DNA of 64,000 bases, from positions 28,455,648 to 28,519,647 of the forward strand of contig NC_092673.1 in assembly GCF_964355755.1 (NCBI RefSeq), given 5' to 3'. Shown in pieces: positions 1-12,622 of the stretch (its first letter is position 1; every line of letters starts with the position of its first letter). Source of the stretch: Antedon mediterranea (Eukaryota > Animalia > Echinodermata). The notes below the pieces were generated by a model. The model had not been told where the DNA came from. It made no database searches and was given only the letters and a program-made list of their open reading frames with translations. The position numbers and the translations under genes are program-made.

Positions 1-3000
1 TTCGGTTCCTCTTCATAATAAGTTATTCCTCCTGATAACTTCCTTTTCCTCATAACTTCCTCATAAAGATGTTCCTCCTTATGTTCACTTTCCTCCTCCC
101 TGTAGTAAGTTCCATTTCTCTTATATGCCATATCTTCACTGTCTTTTTCGGTTCCTCTTCATAATAAGTTAATCCTCCTGATAACTTCCTTTTCCTCATA
201 ACTTCCTCATAAAGATGTTCCTCCTTATGTTCACTTTCCTCCTCCCTGTAGTAAGTTCCATTTCTCTTACGCCATATTTTCACTGTCTTTTTCAGTTCCT
301 CTTCATAATAAGTTATTCCTCCTGATAACTTCCTTTTCCTCATAACTTCTTCATAAAGATGTTCCTCCTTATGTTCACTTTCCTCCTCCCTGTAGTAAGT
401 TCCATTTCTGTTATGCCATATCTTTACTGTCTTTTTCGGTTCCTCTTCATAATAAGTTTTTCCTCCTGATAACTTCCTTTTCCTCATAACTTCCTCATAA
501 AGATGTTCCTCCTTATATTACAAGTTCTTTTTCCTCTTTCCTCCTCCCTGTAGTAAGTTCCACTTCTTTTATGCCATATCTTCACTGTCTTTTTTGGTTC
601 CTCTTCATAATAAGTTTTTCCTCCTGATAACTTCCTTTTCCTCATAACTTCCTCATAAAGATGTTCCTCCTTATATTACAAGTTCTTTTTCCTCTTTCCT
701 CCTCCCTGTAGTAAGTTCCACTTCTTTTATGCCATATCTTCACTTTCTTTTTCGGTTCCTCTTCATAATAAGTTATTCCTCCTGATAACTTCCTTTTCCT
801 CATAACTTCTTCATAAAGATGTTCCTCCTTATGTTCACTTTCCTCCTCCCTGTAGTAAGTTCCATTTCTCTTACGCCATATCTTCACTGTCTTTTTTGGT
901 TCCTCTTCATAATAAGTTATTCCTCCTGATAACTTCCTTTTCCTCATAACTTCTTCATAAAGATGTTCCTCCTTATGTTCACTTTCCTTCTCCCTGTAGT
1001 AAGTTCCATTTCTCTTATGCCATATATTCACTGTCTTTTTCGGTTCCTCTTCATAATAAGTTATTCCTCCTGATAACTTCCTTTTCCTCATAACTTCCTC
1101 ATAAAGATGTTCCTCCTTATGTTCACTTTCCTCCTCCCTGTAGTAAGTTCCATTTCTCTTACGCCATATCTTCACTGTCTTTTTCGGTTCCTCTTCATAA
1201 TAAGTTATTCCTCCTGATAACTTCCTCATAAAGATATTCCTCCTTATATTACAAGTTCTTTTTCCTCTTTCCTCCTCCCTGTAGTAAGTTCCACTTCTTC
1301 TATGCCATATCTTTACTGTTTTTTTCGGTTCCTCTTCATAATAAGTTATTCCTCCTGATAACTTCCTCATAAAGATGTTCCTCCTTATATTCCAAGTTCT
1401 TTTTCCTCTTTCCTCCTCCCTGTAGTAAGTTCCACTTCTTCTATGCCATATCTTCACTGTCTTTTTCGGTTCCTCTTCATAATAAGTTATTCCTCCTGAT
1501 AACTTCCTTTTCCTCATAACTTCTTCATAAAGATGTTCCTCCTTATGTTCTCGTTCCTCCTCCCTGTAGTAAGTTCCATTTCTCTTATGCCATATCTTCA
1601 CTGTCTTTTTCGGTTCCTCTTCATAATAAGTTATTCCTCCTGATAACTTCCTTTTCCTCATAACTTCTTCATAAAGATGTTCCTCCTTATGTTCACTTTC
1701 CTCCTCCCTGTAGTAAGTTCCATTTCTCTTATGCCATATCTTCACTGTTTTTTTCGGTTCCTCTTCATAATAAGTTATTCCTCCTGATAACTTCCTTTTC
1801 CTCATAACTTCTTCATAAAGATGTTCCTTCTTATGTTCACTTTCCTCCTCCCTGTAGTAAGTTCCATTTCTCTTATGCCATATCTTCACTATTTTTTCGG
1901 TTCCTCTTCATAATAAGTTATTCCTCCTGATAACTTCCTTTTCCTCATAACTTCTTCATAAAGAAGTTTTTCCTTATGTTCACTTTCCTCCTCCCTGTAG
2001 TAAATTCCATTTCTGTTAGGCCATATCTTCACTGTCTTTTTCGGTTCCTCTTCATAATAAGTTATTCCTCCTGATAACTTCCTTTTCCTCATAACTTCTT
2101 CATAAAGATGTTCCTCCTTATGTTCACTTTCCTCCTCCCTGTAGTAAGTTCCATTTCTGTTACGCCATATCTTTACTGTCTTTTTTAGTTCCTCTTCATA
2201 ATAAGTTATTCCTCCTGATAACTTCCTTTTCCTCATAAAGATGTTCCTCCTTATGTTCGCTTTCCTCCTCCTCCCTGTAATAGTAAGTTCCCTTTCTCTT
2301 ATGCCATATCTTCACTGTCTTTTTCGGTTCCTCTTCATAATAAGTTATTCCTCCTGATAACTTCCTTTTCCTCATAACTTCCTCATAAAGATGTTCCTCC
2401 TTATGTTCACTTTCCTCCTCCCTGTAGTAAGTTCCATTTCTCTTATATGCCATATCTTCACTGTCTTTTTCGGTTCCTCTTCATAATAAGTTATTCCTCC
2501 TGATAACTTCCTTTTCCTCATAACTTCCTCATAAAGATGTTCCTCCTTATGTTCACTTTCCTCCTCCCTGTAGTAAGTTCCATTTCTCTTTTGCCATATC
2601 TTCACTGTCTTTTTCGGTTCCTCTTCATAATAAGTTATTCCTCCTGATAACTTCCTCTTCCTCATAACTTCCTCATAAAGATGTTCCTCCTTATGTTCAC
2701 TTTCCTCCTCCCTGTAGTAAGTTCCATTTCTCTTACGCCATATCTTCACTGTCTTTTTCGGTTCCTCTTCATAATAAGTTATTCCTCCTGATAACTTCCT
2801 TTTGCTCATAACTTCTTCATAAAGATGTTCCTCCTTATGTTCACTTTCCTCCTCCCTGTAGTAAGTTCCATTTCTGTTACGCCATATCTTTACTGTCTTT
2901 TTCGGTTCCTCTTCATAATAAGTTATTCCTCTTGATAACTTCCTTTTCCTCATAAAGATGTTCCTCCTTATGTTCACTTTCCTCCTCCCTGTAGTAAGTT

Positions 3001-6000
3001 CCATTTCTCTTATGCCATGTCTTCACTGTCTTTTTCGGTTCCTCTTCATAATAAGTTATTCCTCCTGATAACTTCCTTTTCCTCATAACTTCCTCAAGAT
3101 GTTCCTTATGTTCACTTTCCTCCTCCCTGTAGTAAGTTCCATTTCTCTTATGCCATATCTTCACTGTCTTTTTCGGTTCCTTTTCATAATAAGTTATTCC
3201 TCCTGATAACTTCCTTTTCCTCATAACTTCTTCATAAAGATGTTCCTCCTTATGTTCACTTTCCTCCTCCCTGTAGTAAGTTCCATTTCTCTTATATGCC
3301 ATATCTTCACTGTCTTTTTCGGTTCCTCTTCATAATAAGTTATTCCTCCTGATAACTTCCTTTTCCTCATAACTTCCTCATAAAGATGTTCCTTCTTATG
3401 TTCACTTTCCTCCTCCCTATAGAAAGTTCCATTTCTCTTATGCCATATCTTCACTGTCTTTTTCGGTTCCTTTTCATAATAAGTTATTCCTCCTGATAAC
3501 TTCCTTTTCCTCATAACTTCTTCATAAAGATGTTCCTCCTTATGTTCACTTTCCTCCTCCCTGTAGTAAGTTCCATTTCTCTTATATGCCATATCTTCAC
3601 TGTCTTTTTCGGTTCCTATTCATAATAAGTTATTCCTCCTGATAACTTCTTTTTCCTCATAAACTTCCTCATAAAGATGTTCCTCCTTATATTACAAGTT
3701 CTTTTTCCTCTTTCCTCCTCCCTGTAGTAAGTTCCACTTCTTCTATGCCATATCTTCACTGTCTTTTTCGGTTCCTCATAATAAGTTATTCCTCCTGATA
3801 ACTTCCTTTTCCTTATAACTTATTCATAAAGATGTTCCTCCTTATGTTCACTTTCCTCCTCCCTGTAGTAAGTTCCATTTCTCTTATTCCATATCTTCAC
3901 TGTCTTTTTCGGTTCCTCTTCATAATAAGTTATTCCTCCTGATAACTTCCTTTTCCTCATAACTTCCTCATAAAGATGTTCCTCCTTATATTACAAGTTC
4001 TTTTTCCTCTTTCATCCTCCCTGTAGTAAGTTCCACTTCTTCTATGCCATATCTTTACTGTCTTTTTCGGTTCCTCTTCATAATAAGTTATTCCTCCTGA
4101 TAACTTCCTCATAAAGATGTTCCTCCTTATATTACAAGTTCTTTTTCCTCTTTCCTCCTCCCTGTAGTAAGTTCCATTTCTCTTATGCCATATCTTCACT
4201 GTCTTTTTCGGTTCCTCTTCATAATAAGTTATTCCTCCTGATAACTTCCTTTTCCTCATAACTTCTTCCTCCTTATGTTCACTTTCCTCCTCCCTGTAGT
4301 AAGTTCCATTTCTGTTACGCCATATCTTCACTGTCTTTTTCGGTTCCTCTTCATAATAAGTTATTCCTCCTGATAACTTCCTTTTCCTCATAAAGATGTT
4401 CCTCCTTATGTTCACTTTCCTCCTCCCTGTAGTAAGTTCCATTTCTCTTATGCCATATCTTCACTGTCTTTTTCGGTTCCTCTTCATAATAAGTTATTCC
4501 TCCTGATAACTTCCTTTTCCTCATAACTTCCTCATAAAGATGTTCCTCCTTATGTTCACTTTCCTCCTCCCTGTAGTAAGTTCCATTTCTCTTATATGCC
4601 ATATCTTCACTGTCTTTTTCGGTTCCTCTTCATAATAAGTTATTCCTCCTGATAACTTCCTTTTCCTCATAACTTCCTCATAAAGATGTTCCTTCTTATG
4701 TTCACTTTCCTCCTCCCTGTAGTAAGTTCCATTTCTCTTATGCCATATCTTTACTGTCTTTTTCGGTTCCTCTTCATAATAAGTTATTCCTCCTGATAAC
4801 TTCCTTTTCCTCATAACTTCCTCATAAAGATGTTCCTCCTTATGTTCACTTTCCTCCTCCCTGTAGTAAGTTCCATTTCTCTTATGCCATATCTTCACTG
4901 TCTTTTTCGGTTCCTCTTCATAATAAGTTATTCCTCCTCATAACTTCCTTTTCCTCATAACTTCCTCATAAAGATGTTCCTCCTTATGTTCACTTTCCTC
5001 CTCCCTGTAGTAAGTTCCATTTCTCTTACGCCATATCGGTTCCTCTTCATAATAAGTTATTCCTCCTGATAACTTCCTTTTCCTCATAACTTCTTCATAG
5101 AGATGTTCCTCCTTATGTTCACTTTCCTCCTCCCTGTAGTAAGTTCCATTTCTGTTACGCCATATCTTTACTGTCTTTTTCGGTTCCTCTTCATAATAAG
5201 TTATTCCTCCTGATAACTTCCTTTTCCTCATAACTTCTTCATAAAGATGTTCCTCCTTATGTTCTCGTTCCTCCTCCCTGTAGTAAGTTCCATTTCTCTT
5301 ATGCCATATCTTCACTGTCTTTTTCGGTTCCTCTTCATAATAAGTTATTCCTCCTGATAACTTCCTTTTCCTCACAACTTCCTCAAGATGTTCCTTCTCA
5401 TGTTCACTTTCCTCCTCCCTGTAGTAAGTTCCATTTCTCTTATGCCATATCTTCACTGTCTTTTTCGGTTCCTCTTCATAATAAGTTATTCCTCCTGATA
5501 ACTTCCTTTTCCTCATAACTTCTTCATAAAGATGTTCCTCCTTATGTTCACTTTCCTCCTCCCTGTAGTAAGTTCCATTTCTCTTATGCCATATCTTCAC
5601 TGTCTTTTTCGGTTCCTCTTCATAATAAGTTATTCCTCCTGATAACTTCCTTTTCCTCATAACTTCTTCATAAAGATGTTCCTCCTTATGTTCACTTTCC
5701 TCCTCCCTGTAGTAAGTTCCATTTCTCTTACGCCATATCTTCACTGTCTTTTTCGGTTCCTCTTCATAATAAGTTATTCCTCCTGATAACTTCCTCATAA
5801 AGATGTTCCTCCTTATATTACAAGTTCTTTTTCCTCTTTCCTCCTCCCTGTAGTAAGTTCCATTTGTCTTACGCCATATCTTCACTGTCTTTTTCGGTTC
5901 CTCTTCATAATTTGTTATTCCTCCTGATAACTTCCTCATAAAGATGTTCCTCCTTATATTACAAGTTCTTTTTCCTCTTTCCTCCTCCCTGTAGTAAGTT

Positions 6001-7234
6001 CCACTTCTTCTATGCCATATCTTTACTGTCTTTTTCGGTTCCTCTTCATAATAAGTTATTCCTCCTGATAACTTCCTCATAAAGATGTTCCTCCTTATAT
6101 TACAAGTCTTTTTCCCTTTTCCTCCTCCCTGTAGTAAGTTCCACTTCTTCTATGCCATATCTTCACTGTCTTTTTCGGTTCCTCTTCATAATAAGTTATT
6201 CCTCCTGATAACTTCCTTTTCCTCATAACTTCTTCATAAAGATGTTCCTCCTTATGTTCTCGTTCCTCCTCCCTGTAGTAAGTTCCATTTCTCTTATGCC
6301 ATATCTTCACTGTCTTTTTCCGTTCCTCTTCAAAATAAGGTATTCCTCCTGATAACTTCCTTTTCCTCATAACTTCTTCATAAAGATGTTCCTCCTTATG
6401 TTCACTTTCCTCCTCCCTGTAGTAAGTTCCATTTCTCTTATGCCATATCTTTACTGTCTTTTTCGGTTCCTCTTCATAATAAGTTATTCCTCCTGATAAC
6501 TTCCTTTTCCTCATAACTTCTTTATAAAGATGTTCCTTCTTATGTTCACTTTCCTCCTCCTTGTAGTAAGTTCCATTTCTCTTATGCCATATCTTCACTG
6601 TTTTTTTCGGTTCCTCTTCATAATAAGTTATTCCTCCTGATAACTTCCTTTTCCTCATAACTTCTTCATAAAGATGTTCCTCCTTATGTTCACTTTCCTC
6701 CTCCCTGTAGTAAGTTCCATTTCTGTTACGCCATATCTTCACTGTCTTTTTCGGTTCCTCTTCATAATAAGTTATTCCTCCTGATAACTTCCTTTTCCTC
6801 ATAACTTCTTCATAAAGATGTTCCTCCTTATGTTCTCTTTCCTCCTCCCTGTAGTAAGTTCCATTTCTCTTATGCCATATCTTCACTGTCTTTTTCGGTT
6901 CCTCTTCATAATAAGTTATTCCTCCTGATAACTTCCTTTTCCTCATAAAGATGTTCCTCCTTATGTTCACTTTCCTCCTCCCTGTAGTAAGTTCCATTTC
7001 TCTTATGCCATATCTTCACTGTCTTTTTCGATTCCTCTTCATAATAAGTTATTCCTCCTGATAACTTCCTTTTCCTCATAACTTCCTCATAAAGATGTTC
7101 CTCCTTATGTTCACTTTCCTCCTCCCTGTAGTAAGTTCCATTTCTCTTATGCCATATCTTCACTGTCTTTTTCGGTTCCTCTTCATAATAAGTTATTCCT
7201 CCTGATAACTTCCATTTCTCTTATGCCATATCTT
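1..7234. repeat. Tandem (satellite-like) array, canonical 144-bp monomer, about 50 copies, truncated by the window start
   Basis: The monomer ttcggttcctcttcataataagttattcctcctgataac...tatgccatatcttcactgtcttt recurs continuously. The plus strand is strongly pyrimidine-rich. The minus strand reads a 48-aa unit (MRKRKLSGGITYYEEEPKKTVKIWHKRNGTYYREEESEHKEEHLYEEV). Variants include a 141-bp form (+14/-17), +14 alone, +2 and -11. Confidence 0.98.
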
Positions 7235-7245
7235 GACATTGACAA

Positions 7246-7295
7246 CTGAAAAGGGTATTTGTAGAAGAAAAAAACAATGAAAGATTTAGTTAGTA
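7246..7295 (-). other. Candidate 3' splice site (branch point, pyrimidine tract, CAG) abutting the tandem array
   Basis: The minus strand reads TACTAAC (7295-7289), then taaatctttcattgttttttttcttctacaaatacccttttCAG (CAG at 7248-7246), with no intervening AG. Confidence 0.55.
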
Positions 7296-7415
7296 TTATA
7301 TGAAGCTGGCATAAATAGACAAACACAATGAGTTTCAGAGAAGCTTCTATGTTTAACTACATAATCTTCAGGTTGATTACGTCCAGTTCTTTTACTGGCA
7401 TGAGCACACTACTAA

Positions 7416-7594
7416 AGCTTGGTTCCCACTAGAACGTAACGCAAGGACGTAAACGCAACGCAAGCGTTTTACCCAATGACAAGCGAAGTTATAGACCGTT
7501 AGTAATCACAAGCGAATAAGCCATCGCTTGTGATTGGTCAATTCACTTGCATTGCGTTACGTCCTTGTGTAGCGTCGCTAGTGGGAACCACGCT
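7416..7594. mobile_element. PIF/Harbinger-like MITE, family A (AGCTTGGTTCCCACTAG TIR)
   Basis: TIRs agcttggttcccactag / ctagtgggaaccacgct, flanked by TAA/TTA. The interior is loosely palindromic. A second copy lies at 58209-58374. Confidence 0.85.
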
Positions 7595-8929
7595 TTAGAC
7601 TGCAATTGATGGTATTGCTTTTCTTCGCGTACACTATCTATCTATTGTGGATTCTTCCACCAGTGTAATTGTATAACGCCATTGACATTCTTAACTTTCA
7701 AGCCTTTACTACCAAAATCCCCAAAGCTCTAGCTGATAAACAGATAACATATTCTAAGTATTCTTTACTTCTTCTGCTGAAACATCAATCAATTGTTTTA
7801 GTGACAAAATTTAGCCCAGATGCAAACATTAAAACTATATAAGAAGCCATATTTTATTTGGGTTCCTTAAACTGAACTTGATCAGAAATCTTCTTCATGA
7901 TACTTGAATTGTTTAGTGCTTCTTTCTAAACTGACATATTTATTCATCTAACTGACTCAAAAACCTTCACCTTTACTTTGTATCCAACTGACATTCTTCG
8001 TAAAATTTTACTGTAACTTTTCCTAGTATGAATTCTAAACTACATCATCAATTTTGGTGATATCCTGCAATCGGAAAATTTGAATAATTTAATGTTTGTT
8101 AACAAATTTGTGTTATGTTAGGGAAGTACCATTGCATACTCATATTTAAAAATAAGGTTAAAATTAAATCATGGATGTAGAAAGCCCAGAGTACCTAATC
8201 ACATTCTCAACTTTTTAGTTTACTAGCCTACTGTAATCCATCCTTATGGCGGTAATTAATAAAGTGTTATCCCAAGAGTAAAGTATGTGCTGTGATGACT
8301 AAAATCACTTGAGGAGAACGAACTCAATGCCATCTCACGCTTGTACAGAGATTGTTTTTGTTTCTTGTCTTAGTCCTATGTTGGCATTTACCCAACATCT
8401 TTATACAATCCCTGGCATACTGGATGCTAGATTGCCCGGCACTTGTCATGAATTGTGTAGGCCCCCAGTGCCCTATCAATAGATACTGTGGATGCCTGTG
8501 TCTGTCATTTAATGTAGGCTGCTCATCAAAATATACTGGGTGTGCAAGATTACCCATGTTCATTCATTGTCACTTTCCAGTCATTTAATGTTTTGCATAG
8601 CCTCCCAGGTGTGTCTAGGTCATAGACGGAGTATCTATTACCCCATTGTCTTCATTTAGTCAAATAGTGTGTCATAGTAGGCCTACAGTAACAAAACAGT
8701 CATAATAACATTACAAATTCACATTTTAAGTACATAGTTTCAAAATTAGAAGAAAACTCAAATTACAATTTGTATAAAACCACTTCTTGAATTAATTTTT
8801 TGTTCACCTATATCCCAGGGTGGGCTTATACCTGAAATGTTGACGATTTTCAAATCCCCTGATCTTGGCAACATAAAACCCTTTGAAAATTGTCTTTTAA
8901 TCAGCGCAAAATCATTTACTTGTCATTAA

Positions 8930-9067
8930 AGCTCTTCTGCGTACACAAAAAAGTGTGATGTACCCATATATGGTAGTGATATGCCCAAAGATAGTAGTGA
9001 TACGACATCATCATTTATGGGCACATCACATTTTTTTGCCACAAAGTTTGATAGTGTGGACAGAGCT
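8930..9067 (+). mobile_element. Harbinger-like MITE, family B (AGCTCTGTCTACACTATCAAA TIR)
   Basis: Ends agctc... / tttgatagtgtggacagagct, TAA/TTA flanks, internal ~21-bp atatggtagtgatatgcccaa repeats. Confidence 0.85.
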
Positions 9068-9723
9068 TTAAAATAAAAGAAAAGCACTTGATGTATCAAA
9101 TAATTCTTTGTCCTTGCAACAATTGGCATTTTTCCATGACACAGGCCCTACTATTTCCCTGCCACCTTTCCTTAATCCATGCCTACAATTTAGCTTAGAA
9201 AATGTTTGATAACAATATTTTGTTGATGCTTTTTGTTTTCTTTTTCACAAGACCTTTAATTATCAAAAAACAAAATTAATGTGTACTTCCTTCTTTTGCA
9301 AATTTGTTTTTATTCCAAAAATGATAAAATATTCGCATTATTTTATCAAGTGTTCTGTCAGTGTCACTTTAATTATAACTGTTAATAGTAAGATATGATT
9401 CCACTTTCATATTTTTAACTAGTAAGAAATTGTTTTGTAGTGATATTGTGAATGCAGTAGTTTTTGCCTCATATGTGTACAGTATTTGATCAAAGGTAGA
9501 GTTATTGTCATGTAATTATAACTCATATTTTACTAATAAATTAATTAGTAATTATCATTTCACTTTCTGTATTTCACAAGATATTAATTATTATTATGTT
9601 ATTATAATATAATATGTTATGTTATTATAGTAAATGTAACTAATTAGTAACATTACTAATAATAACTATTAACTTTTTCCAATGTCAGTACAAAAACATT
9701 TTGCTTTCATAGTTATGTACTTA

Positions 9724-9863
9724 AGCTCTGTCTGCACTATCAAACTAGTATGACAAAATAAGTGTGATGAGCCCAAATGTGGCAGTAATATGCCCAAATG
9801 TGGTAGTAACATCATCATTTCCATATATGGGCACATCACATTTGTGATAGTGTAGACAGAGCT
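9724..9863 (+). mobile_element. Harbinger-like MITE, family B
   Basis: agctctgtctgcactatca ... tgatagtgtagacagagct with a TTA/TTA target duplication. Confidence 0.88.
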
Positions 9864-10426
9864 TTATGCATAATTCTTACTGTAGATCATTTTCATAATT
9901 ACTTTTTTTTATTATTACTTTTTTTCATGCCAAAAAAGATTATGTACCGGTAATTATTTGATAATGTCGTATTTTATCATCCTATGAATACATACTGTAA
10001 CAGACAAATTTGAAATTTTTATTATATTAAGTTATTATTTTTAATTTGTACAGATATAGTCCTATTAATATTATCTATAAAATGTGGAGGGGAAACGTCA
10101 ATATTGAACTAAAAAAAATCAACCACATCGATCAAAAAGATATGTTGGACCACCAAAAGATTCGTGGAAATTATTAGTGTCCACACAAGACAAATATTGT
10201 AACAGTGAGCAAAACCGTTAAAGCGATACTTTTATTATCATATTGTGCGTATTTGTATAGAAATAGGTAAACTATCGGATGCGATGTGAGGTTAATCAAC
10301 GCAATCACATGAGGGTTGTATACGACAGGTGTTAAACCCTTCCTACTAATCTGTTGACACTTCCAGCTATTTATAGTCAATTATCCAATCTGACTTTATC
10401 AAAAGTACATTATCACCTTTTATATG

Positions 10427-10510
10427 TGATGTGATTGGTCAAGTGTGACTTGAACTAGTGATGTGATTGGTCAAGTGTGACTTGAACTAGTGATGTGATT
10501 GGTCAGTTGT
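10427..10510. repeat. Short tandem repeat, ~32-bp unit x ~2.5
   Basis: gtgatgtgattggtcaagtgtgacttgaacta is repeated. Confidence 0.85.
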
Positions 10511-10689
10511 ATCATGAACTTATGATTAAGACAATCTGTGCTATCTTTTAAATTGAATTATCACTTTTTTCCTTGTGATTTTATTTTTTTCAAGAGCTTT
10601 TAGTTTCTCTCGTCTGAATCATTTTTTTTTTATTAAAAACTTTTTCAAAACCACCGTTGTTGTATTTCAATAACAATTGTAGTAGTTGA

Positions 10690-10790
10690 ATTGCCTTCAA
10701 ATCCCAAGGTCCAGTGTTCAATCCTGACCTAGTGCCAGGGTTGTAATTCACAACTCATTTAATTCCACTCCCTAAACTCAGTTTATAAGC
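10690..10790 (+). mobile_element. tRNA-derived SINE fragment (family C)
   Basis: ttgccttcaaatcccaaggtccagtgttcaatcc (B-box-like) and ccactccctaa; homologous to the copies at 20740, 40745 and 58168. Confidence 0.7.
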
Positions 10791-11960
10791 ATCAAGGCCA
10801 TCGAGGTTTAAAACAGACGAGGCAAAGATATTTTAAATGTAATTATTAATATAAAATATGACAATTTGCGGTGATGAAAATTGAAAATTTGAGACAAGGT
10901 GAGCGCTTCATCTGCCTCATGCTGGCTACGGCCCTGAGTATAAAAAAAAAAGGTGTATTACAGAGTTGCTTGCCATTGCATGCGCATGACATTGCAGTGT
11001 AATAGCACTAGCAGCAAACTAAATGAAGTATCTGTACTTTCACCAGATTCTCGGTAGGCCTACTGTACTGTATCTAGATTTCTCCAGTATCATACGAATA
11101 TTTGGTATTAAAGACAGCATCACATGTGTTTCACATATATACCATAACCTAACCTTTACATGATACAGGCATCATATATGATACAAATGATATATTCTGA
11201 GAATTTGGTAGGCCTAAGTACTTTACTTTGTACAGTATAATAATACTATTTGTGAATGCAGCCCTTGGATATGCCATTTTTATTTAATAGTTTCAATGTC
11301 ATTGCACTCTGTATACAATGCTGCAGGAAAGAATAAAGAAGATAATGTCATTCTAATTGTGGGTTTATAATAACTTACATAAAACATAGTCATCAGCCCT
11401 TTAACTCTTCCTAAGGAAGTCAATTGACTGACTGATCCTTCAGATTGTTTTCAAATGGCCTATTATTAACCTCTCGAGTAACAATCATCGACCGATTAGT
11501 CCTTGTAGTGTCCAGTCTGACATAAGTATGCGAAGGAAAGACGATAAGCCAGCGTTGAGCACGCATGTTGATGTGGGTGTGTTCATCCTGCCTGGGAGAT
11601 CCTCCCTTTTCCAGTTTACACCTACACCAGGGATTACAAACACTAGTTTGGTTCTATATATGGAGTTGTTTTGATTTCTTTAGTAATTTAGATTAATAGA
11701 CATATAGTTATAGCGTGTTTACAAATTAATTTGGATTAAATTAACTTGTAGTTTTTAATCAAATTGATTTAACACACTTGAGAACGTCTGCTTCGTAAAG
11801 TTGAAGAAAAGTTTAAGTTTTTATTGGATTTTTAAAAAAAAGAGGATGTTTGCATAAAAAAACATATTGTTTTGATTATTTTAAAAGAATAAATATATTC
11901 TGTAACTTTGCAAATTTATTGCGACATTTTATTTAAATGAATATAGTCTTTCAAAAAATG

Positions 11961-12622
11961 TTATTTACCTCCGCCAAGGAGGTATATGTAATCGGTAGCG
12001 TGTGTTTGTTTGTTTGTTTGTTTGTTTGTTAGCAGGATTACTCAAAAAGTAATTACAAGATCTTTACCAAAATGAATAGACAGATAGATATGTGGTCCAT
12101 TTGGGACCACAGTCCCAATTCTGGACCACTTTTTAGTATACTTTTTTAGACCTGCTAGTGTTAAAAGATAGGACAGAATTTTTCAAAAGCCGGCGAGCAG
12201 TCTTAAAGTAACAAGTAAACTGAAATTGCATTTTCTCGAACTACTTCTCCAAAAAACTTCATTTTTGAACAAGAGTCAAGAGTTATAATTTGTGATTTGT
12301 AATTTTAAAACATAATTTGATTTAATGTGCACGTTTTTTGATGCGAGTAGTTTAAAAAACCTATTTCTTTTCAAATTCACTCGTTTGATTTTCGCGTTGC
12401 TGTTCTATTGTTAGTCAACTGAAGCTATTGTTAATTGAAAGGCTTGTTACATAACCATTACACCAAACTCGCATACACATGCTTGTAATGAAATTAGCCT
12501 AAATCACAAACAGCATTAAGACACACACAAATATATATATATTTTTTTTTTACCGGAGAAATCTTATGTAGGAGAATTTTACAGTAGGCGGAGGTATGCC
12601 CTCTCGGAGTGGCTTTCTAGTT
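11961..12622 (+). mobile_element. Non-autonomous Helentron-type element (HINE/DINE-1-like)
   Basis: 5' subTIR acctccgcc within the hairpin acctcc-gccaa-ggaggt; (GTTT)n microsatellite at ~12003-12030; 3' subTIR ggcggaggt (12587-12595); short hairpin and ...ttctagtt end. Confidence 0.85.

Noticed and set aside
50-7163. The 13 minus-strand repetitive ORFs as bona fide genes
   Set aside because: They are fragments of one tandem array broken by recurrent frameshifts; not callable as CDS without expression data.
1-7234. CRISPR-like array
   Set aside because: Monomers are contiguous with no unique spacers, there are no cas genes, and the context is eukaryotic.
7600-8660. Possible decayed coding sequence or exons on the minus strand (acceptor-like ttgcag near 8065; ORFs 8324 and 8352)
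   Set aside because: Multiple stops in all frames and no recognisable protein motif.
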